A stretch of 63,417 bases of DNA, counting the filler. It is 5 parts of 5 records of this genome, joined end to end, with 100 filler letters (N's around TTAATTAATTAA, not from the genome) between each part and the next. Parts side by side here need not be neighbours in the genome. Positions count along the whole stretch, not along the records: positions 45,810 to 57,309 come from SRR2962707_530; positions 57,410 to 63,417 come from SRR2962707_545; 3 more parts are not named here. The stretch is one strand, 5' to 3'. Shown piece by piece: positions 47,667 through 57,658 of this stretch (position 1 is its first letter; every line of letters begins with the position of its first letter). The position numbers and the translations under genes were made by a program. The notes below the pieces were generated by a model. It saw nothing but the letters and a program-made list of their open reading frames with translations. It did not search any database and had not been told where the DNA came from.

Positions 47667-48136
47667 GCTTCGGCCCCGACTATCATCGCGGTGATTTCAG
47701 CTTCGGCAATAACAATGCCGTTGACCTTGGCCTTGGCCTCGTAGCGCCCCACATTGCGGCGGCGATGCATCTTGGTGATGTGGAATTCGATGGTGTCGCC
47801 AGGCCCGGCGGGCTTGCGGAAGCGGGCATTGTCGACACCGAGCATCAGAACGATGTTTTTCCGGCCACCGGTCGAGTCATGTTTGATGACGATGGCGCCG
47901 GCTGTCTGGGCCATGCCTTCAATAATCAGGACACCAGGAAAGATCGGGTTGTTCGGAAAGTGCCCGAGAAAGATAGGTTCGTTGAACGTGACATTCTTCA
48001 CGCCAATGGCGGAGTCGTCGCCATTAATCTCAACGATCTTGTCGATCATCAGGAAGGGATAGCGATGTGGCAGCGCCTCAAGAATTTCGGCGATGTTCAT
48101 GGCATTGAGTTCGGTGACGGCGGTGGTTTCGTTCAT
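47663..48136 (-). CDS. fabZ: 3-hydroxyacyl-ACP dehydratase
   Basis: LPHRYPFL, GHFP..PIFPGVLIIEGMAQ. Confidence 0.97.
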   Translation of the reverse strand: MNETTAVTELNAMNIAEILEALPHRYPFLMIDKIVEINGDDSAIGVKNVTFNEPIFLGHFPNNPIFPGVLIIEGMAQTAGAIVIKHDSTGGRKNIVLMLGVDNARFRKPAGPGDTIEFHITKMHRRRNVGRYEAKAKVNGIVIAEAEITAMIVGAEA

Positions 48137-49161
48137 CCCCGCTTCTCCCCCTTCGACAGTTTCCGCACAACGGCGAGTTCTCGCCAGAAATCTCTTATAT
48201 CCTGCGCTGGAGCGCCAGCAAGCTTGGACCCGGCGGGCCAGTCCTTGGTCACGGCCGCCCGGCCATGGATAACCGAGCCCGCGCCAATGCTGAGGTGGCC
48301 CGAGGTGCCAACTCCGCCGCCCATCAACACACCATCCCCCACGATAGTGGAGCCAGACAGACCGCTCATGGCCGCAATCAGGCAGTTACGGCCAATTCGG
48401 CAGTTATGGCCGATCTGGACCAGATTATCGATCTTTGAGCCTTCGCCCAAAACAGTGTCGCCCAATGCGCCCCGGTCGATGGTGCTGTTGGCGCCAATTT
48501 CGACGCGGTCCTGAACGACGACCCGACCCAGTTGTGGAATCTTGCGATTGGACTGGCCGAAATCGAGCCAGCCGAAGCCCTCCGTGCCGATGCGCACACC
48601 GGAATGCAACACGACTTCATTGCCCAAATGGGAGCAATCGATGGTGCAATTGGCGGCAATGATGCAGTTTCGGCCAATGGTGACACCGGCACCAATGACC
48701 GTATTGGCGCCTATCACAGTGCCTCGGCCAATTTGGACGCCGGCGCCCACCACGACATTGGTGCCAAGGGTTACGTCGCGCTCAAAAATCGGTGCGCCCA
48801 GATCCTCACGCCCTGCAGCTATGATCGAGCGAGTACTCGAGGGGTAGAGCGCGTCGAGAATATCGGCAAAGATGTTGTGGGGCTTGTCGATCACGACAGC
48901 GATGCAGCCCTCGGGAACAGCATCCTTGAGAGCAGGCGACACGAGAACGGCACCAGCAGTGGTGGCGCGCAGTTCCTCAATGTAGCTGGGCTGAGCAGCA
49001 AGGGCCAGTTCACCCGGCCCGGCCAATTCGAGTTCGGAGACCCCGGTGATGGTAAGTTCAGGATTGCCCAGGCCCGCCGCCAAGTCTGATTGACCAACCA
49101 GAGCAAGCAATGCGCCCAGGGTTTGTGGACCGGCGAAGCGATGGAAACGGGTGTCGACCAT
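48133..49161 (-). CDS. lpxD: UDP-3-O-acylglucosamine N-acyltransferase
   Basis: GFG, KIPQLGRV, EIGANSTIDRG, KIDNLVQIGHN. Confidence 0.97.
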   Translation of the reverse strand: MVDTRFHRFAGPQTLGALLALVGQSDLAAGLGNPELTITGVSELELAGPGELALAAQPSYIEELRATTAGAVLVSPALKDAVPEGCIAVVIDKPHNIFADILDALYPSSTRSIIAAGREDLGAPIFERDVTLGTNVVVGAGVQIGRGTVIGANTVIGAGVTIGRNCIIAANCTIDCSHLGNEVVLHSGVRIGTEGFGWLDFGQSNRKIPQLGRVVVQDRVEIGANSTIDRGALGDTVLGEGSKIDNLVQIGHNCRIGRNCLIAAMSGLSGSTIVGDGVLMGGGVGTSGHLSIGAGSVIHGRAAVTKDWPAGSKLAGAPAQDIRDFWRELAVVRKLSKGEKRG

Positions 49162-49171
49162 GATGTCACTT

Positions 49172-49208
49172 AAACAGAAAGAGCCGCGGCGCTACCGCCC
49201 CGCGGCTC
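49172..49208 (-). terminator. Hairpin/terminator between bamA and lpxD
   Basis: GAGCCGCGG/CCGCGGCTC 9-bp stem followed by TTTCTGTTT on the minus strand. Confidence 0.6.
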
Positions 49209-49233
49209 CAAAAAATTATTCACACCGGCCAGA

Positions 49234-51348
49234 CTAGAGCAAGGTCGAGATGGTGAACTGGAACATCTGCGTGCGGTCGTCGGTCGACTTGTTCAGGACA
49301 TGAGCAAAATCGCCGCGCAGCGGACCAAATGGCGAATCCCAGATAAGCGATGCACCAACCGATGTGCGCCAGGGCTGGTCGTTGCTCGTTGCAACCGCAC
49401 CACCACCGCCGATGATGTCGCTGCTGTCGCCAACCCAGGCCGCGTCTGCCCAGACCGCACCGCTGAGGCCATAGCTTTCCGGAAGGCCGGGGATCGGGAA
49501 TTCGATCTCACCGGAGATACCGGCAAACATGGTGGCACCGACATATTCGCCAGTCCCCAGGCGCGGACCAAACCCGCGGGGTTCAAAACCGCGGATGAGC
49601 TGCGAGCCAGGCGTGAACGCCTCGACGGAATGAACGGCGCCGCCATTCATGCTGTTGATGACGCCGGCCTGGCCGCGAACACTAGCCACCACACCGCTAT
49701 CCGGGATCAGCGGCACAAAATAGCGTGCACGCGCCTCGGAGCGGAGCAGATTGTGATCCCAACCGATATAGCGCTGGGTAAAGGTCGCATAAAGACCTTC
49801 AGTCGGGTTCTGGACGTCGTCCACACCGTTCCAAGTCAGGGTGTAGCCGATGAAGGCCTTGTTGAATTCCTGACCGTTCGCGACCAGCGTCGAATTTGGC
49901 GCATCAGTATCGTCAACGACCATCCGCTCATAGCCACCAAAGAACTGCGCGTTCAAGGCGCTGGTCAGTGGCACGCCTACCCGAAGCTGACCACCGGTGG
50001 TCTGCGTCCCGTAGAAGCTGGTCGAGGTTTCGTCGTTGATGCGATGATAGGCATCTACACCGGCTGAAACCTTGAGGCCCATAAAGCGGGGTTCGGTGAA
50101 CGAAAAGTCAAAGGTGCGGCCCGACTGCGAGGCCCCAATGGCCGCCCGCAGATACTGGCCGCGACCGAGGAAATTGCGCTCGGTCAGGGACAGTTCGCCC
50201 AGGATGCCATCGGTGGTGGAGTAACCGGCTGTTGCGCCGTATTCACCGGTGGACTGTTCCTCAACATTGATGTTGAGGACGATCTTGTCCGGCGAAGAGC
50301 CAGGCCCGGTCGAAATATCGATCCTGGAGAAATAGCCAAGGGCATCGATATTGTTGCGGCCACGGACCACCATGGAGCGGTTGAACGGGTCGCCTTCAGC
50401 AAAATCGAGCTCACGACGAATGACGAAGTCACGCGTCTTGATGTTACCCGTGATATTGATGCGCTCGACATAAATGCGAGCACCTTCGTCGACCAGATAG
50501 GTGACGTTGAAGGAATTGGTGGCTGCATCGCGATCCAGGCGCGCCCGGACGTCTGCAAAGGAGTAACCCTGGACAGTAGCCTCATAGGCCATGTCCTCAA
50601 TGGACTGCTGCAGATCGAGCGCCGAATAGGTTGCGCCCTGCCCGGTGCGCACTGTACCGCGCAGCACATCAGTGTTCAGGCCGTCAATGCTGGTTTCGAT
50701 GCCGACATTGCCGAACTCATACTTCTGACCTTCATTGACGGTCACGTTGACGAAGTAGGCATTGCGCGCGGCATCATATTCGGCAACCGAATTGACCTGA
50801 GCGTCGGGGAAACCCCGATTGGCGTAGTATGCCCGGATACGCTCGCGATCAACGGCCATCTTCTGTTCGTCATAGGTATCGTCGCGGAGCAACCAGCTCA
50901 GAATGCCCGACTCCTTGGTGAGCATGGCCCCCTTGAGGTTGCCCGCACCGATGGAGTTGTTGCCGGTGAAATTGATCGCGGCGATGCCGGCGCGCTCACC
51001 TTCATTGATCTCGAAGATGACCCGCACTCGGCCGTCTGTGGTCTGCTCGGTCCGCGCCGCCACCGAAATGGAGTTAAAGCCGTCCCGGTCATAAGCCAGA
51101 CGAATGCTTTCGATGTCTGCATTGAGACGTTGCTGACTGTAAATTCCCGAGGTCGAGATATCGACCATCGTCAGGAGCTGACTGTCAGGGAAGCGGCGAT
51201 TGCCTTCGAACAGCACGGAAGCAACCAATTGCTCCTGCGCCTGTGCCGTCACGACGCCAAGGACAGGCACGCCAGCAACCATGGGGGCTGCCCCCAAAAT
51301 GGCTATCGCCGAAACCGCGCCACGCATCAACTTGGTGGGGTGAATCAT
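49234..51348 (-). CDS. bamA: Outer membrane protein assembly factor BamA
   Basis: Signal peptide, POTRA repeats, ERNFLGRGQ, IRGF, SPFGPLR.DFA; ATG 51348. Confidence 0.96.
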   Translation of the reverse strand: MIHPTKLMRGAVSAIAILGAAPMVAGVPVLGVVTAQAQEQLVASVLFEGNRRFPDSQLLTMVDISTSGIYSQQRLNADIESIRLAYDRDGFNSISVAARTEQTTDGRVRVIFEINEGERAGIAAINFTGNNSIGAGNLKGAMLTKESGILSWLLRDDTYDEQKMAVDRERIRAYYANRGFPDAQVNSVAEYDAARNAYFVNVTVNEGQKYEFGNVGIETSIDGLNTDVLRGTVRTGQGATYSALDLQQSIEDMAYEATVQGYSFADVRARLDRDAATNSFNVTYLVDEGARIYVERINITGNIKTRDFVIRRELDFAEGDPFNRSMVVRGRNNIDALGYFSRIDISTGPGSSPDKIVLNINVEEQSTGEYGATAGYSTTDGILGELSLTERNFLGRGQYLRAAIGASQSGRTFDFSFTEPRFMGLKVSAGVDAYHRINDETSTSFYGTQTTGGQLRVGVPLTSALNAQFFGGYERMVVDDTDAPNSTLVANGQEFNKAFIGYTLTWNGVDDVQNPTEGLYATFTQRYIGWDHNLLRSEARARYFVPLIPDSGVVASVRGQAGVINSMNGGAVHSVEAFTPGSQLIRGFEPRGFGPRLGTGEYVGATMFAGISGEIEFPIPGLPESYGLSGAVWADAAWVGDSSDIIGGGGAVATSNDQPWRTSVGASLIWDSPFGPLRGDFAHVLNKSTDDRTQMFQFTISTLL

Positions 51349-51425
51349 ATTGTTATTGCCTTCTGCGACCCGCTTGAAGAATCGCCATGCACAGCGCTCC
51401 CCCAAGCTAACTCCATTGAAGTGTT

Positions 51426-51535
51426 TTACTGTTTTTTTAACCAGGAACAAGGCGAGACTGCTCACGCGGTTAGCAATTCATTGGCGACCTTGTATTCGTG
51501 CAACACCTTGCGAACCAAGGTTAACAAGGCGTTAG
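51426..51535. promoter_or_regulatory. Two near-consensus CtrA boxes upstream of bamA
   Basis: TTAC-N7-TTAAC at 51426-51441 and TTAA-N7-TTAG at 51521-51535; one mismatch each to TTAA-N7-TTAA. Confidence 0.5.
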
Positions 51536-52668
51536 CGCAAAATACCAAAGTGGTCGAACACTGTGTCGTTGAACAGGGTAAACACCATGAGCGCAAGCAC
51601 AAGGGCAAATCCGAAGCGGAAGCCGATTTCCTGTATCCGCATGCTGAGCGGACGCCCGCGAACTGCCTCGATGAAATAATACAGCAAGTGCCCGCCATCG
51701 AGCATGGGCACCGGCAGCAGGTTGAATATCCCGATATTGAGCGAGAGCAACGCCATCAGATTGATCAGGGCCACAAAGCCCAGCGTTGCCACTTCTCCAG
51801 AGACTTTGGCGACTTTGACCGGCCCACCAAGTTGCTCGACATCGCCCCTGCCGACGAAGAAATCGCCCAGGAAGGCGGCCGTTCGTTGGACGATGAACCG
51901 GATTTCCTCGAAGGTCATCCCGACTGCCTCGATAGGACCGGGGCGGTAAAGTGTCACATCGGTCTCCTCGACGTCGCGGGAGACCCCGATCCGACCGATA
52001 CGCTGGTCATTGCCGAATCGATCCTCGATTTCAACGGCTTCGGGAACCAGGGTGAGTGTTCTTTCCGCGCCGGCCCGCATGAGGTCCACCACCACCGGGC
52101 GCTCGGGGCTGGTGGCGACATAGCGCTGGAAATCTTCAAAGCCGCGAACGGCATAGCCATCGACTGCCACGATTTCATCGCCCGGCAGGAAGCCCGCCGT
52201 TTCGGCGACCGAGCCGGAGACGACCTCGCTGATGACCGGCGGGATCGTATAGCGGCCATAGCCGAGCAAAAGGGCATAGAGAATCAGGAAGGTCAGCAGG
52301 ACATTGGCAAGCGGGCCGGCGGCGACGATCGCAATGCGTTGCCAGACATTCTTGTTGACGAAGAGGCGTGGCGCCAGGGCCGGGTCCACATTTGCGGCGG
52401 CCTCCGGGTCAGGCACGCTGGCAGGGTTCATGTCGCCGACAAAGCGGACATAGCCCCCCAATGGGATAGCAGAGATGCGCCAGCGAGTGCCGTGCCGGTC
52501 GTTCCAGCCAACCAGCTCACGCCCGAAGCCAACCGAGAAGGTATGAATGGCCACCCCATTCCAGCGAGCCACCAGATAGTGACCCATCTCATGGACGAAG
52601 ACGATAACCGTCAGAACGACGAGGAATGGAACGAGATAGGAAAGCAGCCAGTAGGCGAAATCAAACAT
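51532..52668 (-). CDS. rseP: RIP metalloprotease RseP
   Basis: HEMGH, IPLGGYV, AGPLAN, PDZ domain, NLLPVPMLDGGH. Confidence 0.96.
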   Translation of the reverse strand: MFDFAYWLLSYLVPFLVVLTVIVFVHEMGHYLVARWNGVAIHTFSVGFGRELVGWNDRHGTRWRISAIPLGGYVRFVGDMNPASVPDPEAAANVDPALAPRLFVNKNVWQRIAIVAAGPLANVLLTFLILYALLLGYGRYTIPPVISEVVSGSVAETAGFLPGDEIVAVDGYAVRGFEDFQRYVATSPERPVVVDLMRAGAERTLTLVPEAVEIEDRFGNDQRIGRIGVSRDVEETDVTLYRPGPIEAVGMTFEEIRFIVQRTAAFLGDFFVGRGDVEQLGGPVKVAKVSGEVATLGFVALINLMALLSLNIGIFNLLPVPMLDGGHLLYYFIEAVRGRPLSMRIQEIGFRFGFALVLALMVFTLFNDTVFDHFGILR

Positions 52669-52706
52669 TGGGTTCCAATACTCTCACAGTTCGGTACGGG
52701 CTGGCG

Positions 52707-53567
52707 CTACCAGTGGAGCAATCCCGCCGCTATCGCCCCGAACCCGGCATGCGTTGCGCCCACTATTACGACCAGAAACACGCCGAATGTGAGACTGTCC
52801 AGGCGATCCATCAGCCCACCATGTCCGGGAATAATGTCGCCGCTGTCCTTGATGCGGAAGAAGCGCTTGATGGCACTCTCGGCCAGATCGCCGGCCTGAG
52901 CGAGTACGCTGATCGTCGCAGAGAGCAGGATGCCGATCCAGATTGGCGATTCGGTCAGCCAGAGCCAGACCAGCAGGCCGGCGCCCGTACCAAGAGCGAG
53001 CCCGCCCAGGGCGCCCGACCAGGTCTTGGACGGCGAAATATCGGGGGCCAGCTTTTCACCGCCAATCTGGCGGCCTGCAAAGAAGGCCGCTGAATCGGTC
53101 ATCCAGACCACGGTGCCAAGATAAAGGCCGGCCCAAATTCCTGCCGTCCCGGTGCCGCGCATGGCCATGAGAGAAGTTATCAGCGCCCCGAACAGCACCA
53201 GCCCGACAATCCGCCAGACCATGTGCTCGCGCTCCATGGTGAATGTCAGGCCACACGCTAGGACAATCGCCCCTGTTGGCCCCCAGAGGCCGACGAGTGG
53301 GTAGAGGAGGCCGGACAGCGCCACGAGCCCGATCAGCACCATGCCCCGCGGGGTCAGCGGTGCCCGGGTCACCATGGTCTCCCATTCGCGATAGGCCAGC
53401 GCATAGACCGCGCCCACCACCGCCGCAAAAAGATAGCTGCCGACGACAAGCGCTGTCGCGGTCAGGGCAATCAAAACAGCGGCAGAAGCGAGTCGCGGCC
53501 CGACATCGGCCCAGGACCGCCGGGCTGGGACCGGCTGATCAGCGTTCGGATCCCCCTGCCCGCTCAA
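52707..53567 (-). CDS. cdsA: Phosphatidate cytidylyltransferase
   Basis: ISPSKTWSG, GDLAES.IKR...IKDSG.IIPGHGGLMDRLDS. Confidence 0.96.
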   Translation of the reverse strand: MSGQGDPNADQPVPARRSWADVGPRLASAAVLIALTATALVVGSYLFAAVVGAVYALAYREWETMVTRAPLTPRGMVLIGLVALSGLLYPLVGLWGPTGAIVLACGLTFTMEREHMVWRIVGLVLFGALITSLMAMRGTGTAGIWAGLYLGTVVWMTDSAAFFAGRQIGGEKLAPDISPSKTWSGALGGLALGTGAGLLVWLWLTESPIWIGILLSATISVLAQAGDLAESAIKRFFRIKDSGDIIPGHGGLMDRLDSLTFGVFLVVIVGATHAGFGAIAAGLLHW

Positions 53568-54325
53568 CGCGCGTCCGCCCCTATGCCGCCAAAGCGCCGG
53601 TCGCGCTGGGTGAAGGTTTCAAGCACACGCACAAAGCTGGCTTCATCGAAATCGGGCCAGTGTTCATCGACGAACACGAACTCTGCATAGGCCGCCTGCC
53701 AGAGCAGGAAATTGGAGAGGCGTTGCTCGCCACTGGTGCGGATGATGACGTCAGGATCGGGCAGGCCTGCGGTGTAGAGCGCGTCGCCCAGCCGTTGCTC
53801 GTCGATTTCTTCGGGGACCAACCGACCCGCAGCCACTTCTCCTGCCAGGTGACGGGCTGCCGCGACAATCTCGGCTTTGCTGCCATAGTTGAACGCGACC
53901 ACCAGGGTCAGTCCCGTATTCACCTGCGTCTTGGCCTCGACATCGTCGATCAGCTTGACGAGGCTCGGTTCCAGCCCGGCGCGGGAACCGATGATGCGAA
54001 CGCGCACGTTGTTGCGAATCAGTCGCTGCAGATCTGATGCAACAAAACGCCGTAACAGGTTGAAAATGAAGGACACTTCATCAGAAGGTCTCGACCAGTT
54101 TTCCGACGAGAAACTGAATACCGTCAGGCAGGGCACGCCATAGGTGATGCAGTGCTCCACCAGCCCACGCAGGGATTTGACACCCTCGACATGACCTTCG
54201 GTCCGCCTCTTGCCGCGTTGCCTGGCCCAGCGGCCATTGCCATCCATGATGACGCCAATATGGCGCGGGATTTTCAACCCCGCACCTGGCTCAACTTTCA
54301 CAATAGCGGCCGGTTCCCCTGCCAT
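53564..54325 (-). CDS. uppS: Undecaprenyl diphosphate synthase
   Basis: HIGVIMDGNGRWA, FSSENW.RP, RTSGEQRLSNFLLWQ, RRFGG. Confidence 0.97.
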   Translation of the reverse strand: MAGEPAAIVKVEPGAGLKIPRHIGVIMDGNGRWARQRGKRRTEGHVEGVKSLRGLVEHCITYGVPCLTVFSFSSENWSRPSDEVSFIFNLLRRFVASDLQRLIRNNVRVRIIGSRAGLEPSLVKLIDDVEAKTQVNTGLTLVVAFNYGSKAEIVAAARHLAGEVAAGRLVPEEIDEQRLGDALYTAGLPDPDVIIRTSGEQRLSNFLLWQAAYAEFVFVDEHWPDFDEASFVRVLETFTQRDRRFGGIGADAR

Positions 54326-54358
54326 CAACGCCCTCCCGGCGCGAGATCATGTGATCTT

Positions 54359-54919
54359 CTAGACCTGCATGATCTCCTGTTCCTTGGTCGCCACAATGGT
54401 GTCGATCTCAGCGACGGAGTCATCGGTGGCCTTCTGAACAAGATCGGACTGCTTCTTGGCGTCGTCCTGGCTCATGTCGCCGTCTTTCTCCGCCTTTTTC
54501 AAGGCATCCATGCCGTCGCGGCGAATATGGCGCACAGCGACGCGAGCCTGCTCGGCATAGGTGTGGGCCACCTTGGCGAGTTCCTTGCGGCGCTGTTCGT
54601 TCAACTCGGGAAGCGGCACGCGAATGATCTGCCCCTCACCCATTGGGTTCAGGCCCAAGCCGCTGTCACGAATAGCTTTTTCGACGGCGTTGGAATTGGA
54701 CCGGTCCCAGACCTGCACAGAGAGCATCCGGGGCTCGGGGACAGTCACGGTCGCCACCTGATTGAGAGGCATGCGCGAGCCATAGACTTCCACCGTCACA
54801 GGATCGAGGAGGCTGGCGCTGGCGCGTCCGGTCCTCAGGCCGCCCAACTCGTCCTTGAGCGACGCGACAGACTTGTGCATGCGCGTCTTGAGGTCGTTGA
54901 GATCGTAGCTTGAGGCCAT
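54359..54919 (-). CDS. frr: Ribosome recycling factor
   Basis: [35 protein letters not shown] before ATG 54919. Confidence 0.97.
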   Translation of the reverse strand: MASSYDLNDLKTRMHKSVASLKDELGGLRTGRASASLLDPVTVEVYGSRMPLNQVATVTVPEPRMLSVQVWDRSNSNAVEKAIRDSGLGLNPMGEGQIIRVPLPELNEQRRKELAKVAHTYAEQARVAVRHIRRDGMDALKKAEKDGDMSQDDAKKQSDLVQKATDDSVAEIDTIVATKEQEIMQV

Positions 54920-55030
54920 TGCTGTTTCCTTCCAGTCCATTGCCGGCCCGGGTCTTGTGCCCGTTCTCCGGCGTTCATCGGGTTCATCAACACCCACAGC
55001 GTGGGGCCGACGGCACCTGCTAGCGGGCGT

Positions 55031-55750
55031 CTAAAGCGGATTGCCCACGCGCGTGGACAGGCCCTTGCCCTCCAATACACCAGCAAGGCCCGCCTTGTCG
55101 TCCAATGCGTATACGATTATCGGCATGGCGTTGTCGCGGGCAAGTGCGAATGCCGCGGTATCCATCACCTTGAGATTTTGATGAATGACATCATCATAGC
55201 TGATCTGGGTGTAACGCGTGGCGGTCGGGTCCTTCATCGGGTCGGCCGAATAGACCCCGTCGACCTTTGTCCCCTTGAGGACCATGTCGCATTCCAGCTC
55301 AACGGCGCGCAGCGTCGCGGCCGTATCGGTGGTAAAAAACGGGTTGCCCGTTCCGCCGCCCAGGACAACGACAAAGCCTTCTTCGAGCGCCAGCTTGGCG
55401 TCGCGCGCGGTAAAGGTATCAGCTACCGAAGGCATGGTTGCTGCGCTGAACGGCTTGGATTTGACGCCGTGGCGGGTAATGGCATTACTCAGGGCCAGGG
55501 CGTTGATCATGGTGCCCAACATGCCCATCAGATCCGCGGTTACGCGGTCGGTGCCATCAGCCGCGCCGGCCATGCCTCGGAAGATATTGCCACCACCTAC
55601 GACAATGGCAACCTCAACGCCCGTGCGCGCCACGTCGGCAATCTGACCGGCAATGCGCTGCAGGTATGGCGGTTCGATGCCAAAGGAATTGTCTCCCGCC
55701 AGCGCTTCACCCGAAACCTTGAGCAAGATGCGCTTATGTGCGGATGGCAT
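55031..55750 (-). CDS. pyrH: UMP kinase
   Basis: LLKVSGEAL, GGGNIFRG, GMLGT, GTGNPFFTTD, VDGVY..DP. Confidence 0.97.
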   Translation of the reverse strand: MPSAHKRILLKVSGEALAGDNSFGIEPPYLQRIAGQIADVARTGVEVAIVVGGGNIFRGMAGAADGTDRVTADLMGMLGTMINALALSNAITRHGVKSKPFSAATMPSVADTFTARDAKLALEEGFVVVLGGGTGNPFFTTDTAATLRAVELECDMVLKGTKVDGVYSADPMKDPTATRYTQISYDDVIHQNLKVMDTAAFALARDNAMPIIVYALDDKAGLAGVLEGKGLSTRVGNPL

Positions 55751-55908
55751 TGGTGGGGACCCCTTGATTTTTGATGAGCGGGCCACCGATTCCGGCGGAC
55801 CCGGCGAACCCTATGGCAAATTGCCCGGCAAATGAAGCCAAGGCTGCATGGTGAATGAATATGAAGTGGAAGAGCTCAATCCAGAAGAGCGGCCTCAATG
55901 GAGAGCGT

Positions 55909-55934
55909 GGGAACGGGCGAAATCGCCCATTCCC
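55909..55934. terminator. Stem-loop after tsf
   Basis: GGGAACGGGCGA-AA-TCGCCCATTCCC; no clear U-tract. Confidence 0.4.
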
Positions 55935-55948
55935 CGAATTGGTCTGGC

Positions 55949-56875
55949 TTATTTGGTGCCAGCAGTGGCCGCGACTTCTGCGGCAAAGTCGCTTTCGACC
56001 TTCTCGATGCCCTCGCCCAGAGCATAGCGCACGAATTTGGTGAGCTTGATCGGGGCGCCAGCGTCCTTCTCGGCGTTCTTGATCGCATCGCCAACCTTGG
56101 TCTCACCGTCGATGACGAAAACCTGGCTGAGCAGGGTGACTTCTTCGAAGTACTTGCGCATACGGCCTTCAACCATCTTCTCGGCGATGTCAGCGGGCTT
56201 GCCGCTTTCCTTGACCTGCTCGAGGATGATGGCGCGCTCACGGGCGACAACTTCCTGATCCAGCTCGTCGGGCGAGATGGCCTGAGGCTGGGCGGCGGCG
56301 ATGTGCATGGCAAGCTGCTTGCCGAGAGCCGACAGAGCAGCCTTGTCGCCGGTCGATTCGAGCGCCACCAGAATGCCGATCTTGCCCATGCCGGGCTTGA
56401 CTGCATTGTGAACATAGCTCTCGACCACGCCGTCGGTAACCGAAACAGTCTCGGTGCGGCGCAAGTTCATGTTCTCGCCGATCTTGGCGATGGCTTCTGT
56501 CAGCTCGGCCGAAACCGAGTGGCCAGTGCCGGGGAACGGCATTTCACCGAGCTTGACGACATCGCCATCAGCATCAAGCGCCAGCTTGGAGACGGCTTCG
56601 ACGATGTTCTGGAACTGCTCGTTGCGGGCAACGAAGTCGGTTTCAGAGTTGACTTCAACAGCAGCGGCCTTGGTGCCGGCGGTAATGACACCAACCAGAC
56701 CTTCAGCAGCGACGCGGTCGGCCTTCTTGGCGGCCTTTGCAAGGCCACGGGTGCGCAGCCAGTCAATGGCGGCGTCCATGTCGCCATTGGTTTCAGCCAA
56801 GGCCTTCTTGCAGTCCATCATCCCGACGCCAGTCGAGTCGCGGAGCTGCTTGACCATTGCAGCAGTGATTTCCAT
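55949..56875 (-). CDS. tsf: Elongation factor Ts
   Basis: [44 protein letters not shown] 56875. Confidence 0.98.
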   Translation of the reverse strand: MEITAAMVKQLRDSTGVGMMDCKKALAETNGDMDAAIDWLRTRGLAKAAKKADRVAAEGLVGVITAGTKAAAVEVNSETDFVARNEQFQNIVEAVSKLALDADGDVVKLGEMPFPGTGHSVSAELTEAIAKIGENMNLRRTETVSVTDGVVESYVHNAVKPGMGKIGILVALESTGDKAALSALGKQLAMHIAAAQPQAISPDELDQEVVARERAIILEQVKESGKPADIAEKMVEGRMRKYFEEVTLLSQVFVIDGETKVGDAIKNAEKDAGAPIKLTKFVRYALGEGIEKVESDFAAEVAATAGTK

Positions 56876-56944
56876 GGGTTCACCTCTTGGCGGCCCCTCG
56901 CGGGGCGGCTTATTCGAGTGGGTACTTGCCCGGAATCGGGCGGA

Positions 56945-56970
56945 GCGTGCCTTCCCACAGGAAGGCACGC
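56945..56970. other. Perfect 11-bp hairpin between rpsB and tsf
   Basis: GCGTGCCTTCC-CACA-GGAAGGCACGC. Confidence 0.6.
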
Positions 56971-56981
56971 CTGCACGAAGA

Positions 56982-57309
56982 TTAGTTGACGGTTGCGTCG
57001 CCTTCGGTCGGCAGGTCCTCGGCGGGCGCCTCGGAAGCCGAACCCAGATCGGTACCAAGGGCGCTCGAGGAGCGGCCAATGCCGTCGATGGCAGCACGCG
57101 AAATCAGCGAGACGTAGAGCTCGAGGGCGCGGCTGGCGTCGTCATTGCCAGGGATGGCGTAGTCAACGATATCGGGATCGCAATTGGTGTCGACGATGGC
57201 GACCACCGGGATGCCCAGACGACGGGCTTCCTTGATTGCGTTCTCTTCCTTGTTGGTGTCGATCACGAACAGAAGGTTGGGCAGGTTGCCCATGTCCTTG
57301 ATGCCGCCC
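56982..57309 (-). CDS. rpsB: 30S ribosomal protein S2, C-terminal fragment
   Basis: [36 protein letters not shown]. Confidence 0.97.
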
Positions 57310-57409
57310 NNNNNNNNNNNNNNNNNNNNNNNNNNNNNNNNNNNNNNNNNNNNTTAATTAATTAANNNNNNNNNNNNNNNNNNNNNNNNNNNNNNNNNNN
57401 NNNNNNNNN
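57310..57409. other. Artificial contig spacer
   Basis: N44-TTAATTAATTAA-N44; abrupt GC drop afterwards. Confidence 0.99.
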
Positions 57410-57502
57410 ATCATAAATATCACTGGATGGGTAGATAAAACCGTACTCTTTACAGTGAGAAACGATATTTTTAAGTGATCCTCCGTCAGGTGTATTGCTC
57501 AT
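57410..57502 (-). CDS. glyQS: Glycine--tRNA ligase (homodimeric type), N-terminal fragment
   Basis: Translates MSNTPDGGSLKNIVSHCKEYGFIYPSSDIYD, matching the SHxKEYGF..SS.IYD start of Bacteroidota GlyRS. Confidence 0.85.
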
Positions 57503-57508
57503 AGCCCG

Positions 57509-57516
57509 CAAAGATA
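57509..57516 (-). promoter_or_regulatory. Bacteroidota -7 promoter element (glyQS)
   Basis: TATCTTTG matches TAnnTTTG; 6 nt before the ATG. Confidence 0.65.
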
Positions 57517-57658
57517 TATTTCCTTCAATCTTTTGAGATCAGTTGGCGGGCTTTTTGTGTAAATTCAGATATGTCTTTCCGCGAACATCTAGTAGCTATT
57601 CCTTACTGATAGGAATCTATAATGAAAGAAAGTACGTTGATTAGTAGCTTAGAAAAAT

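Noticed and set aside
51130-52899. 589-aa plus-strand ORF
   Set aside because: Antisense to rseP, bamA and cdsA; no motifs; explained by codon bias of the real genes
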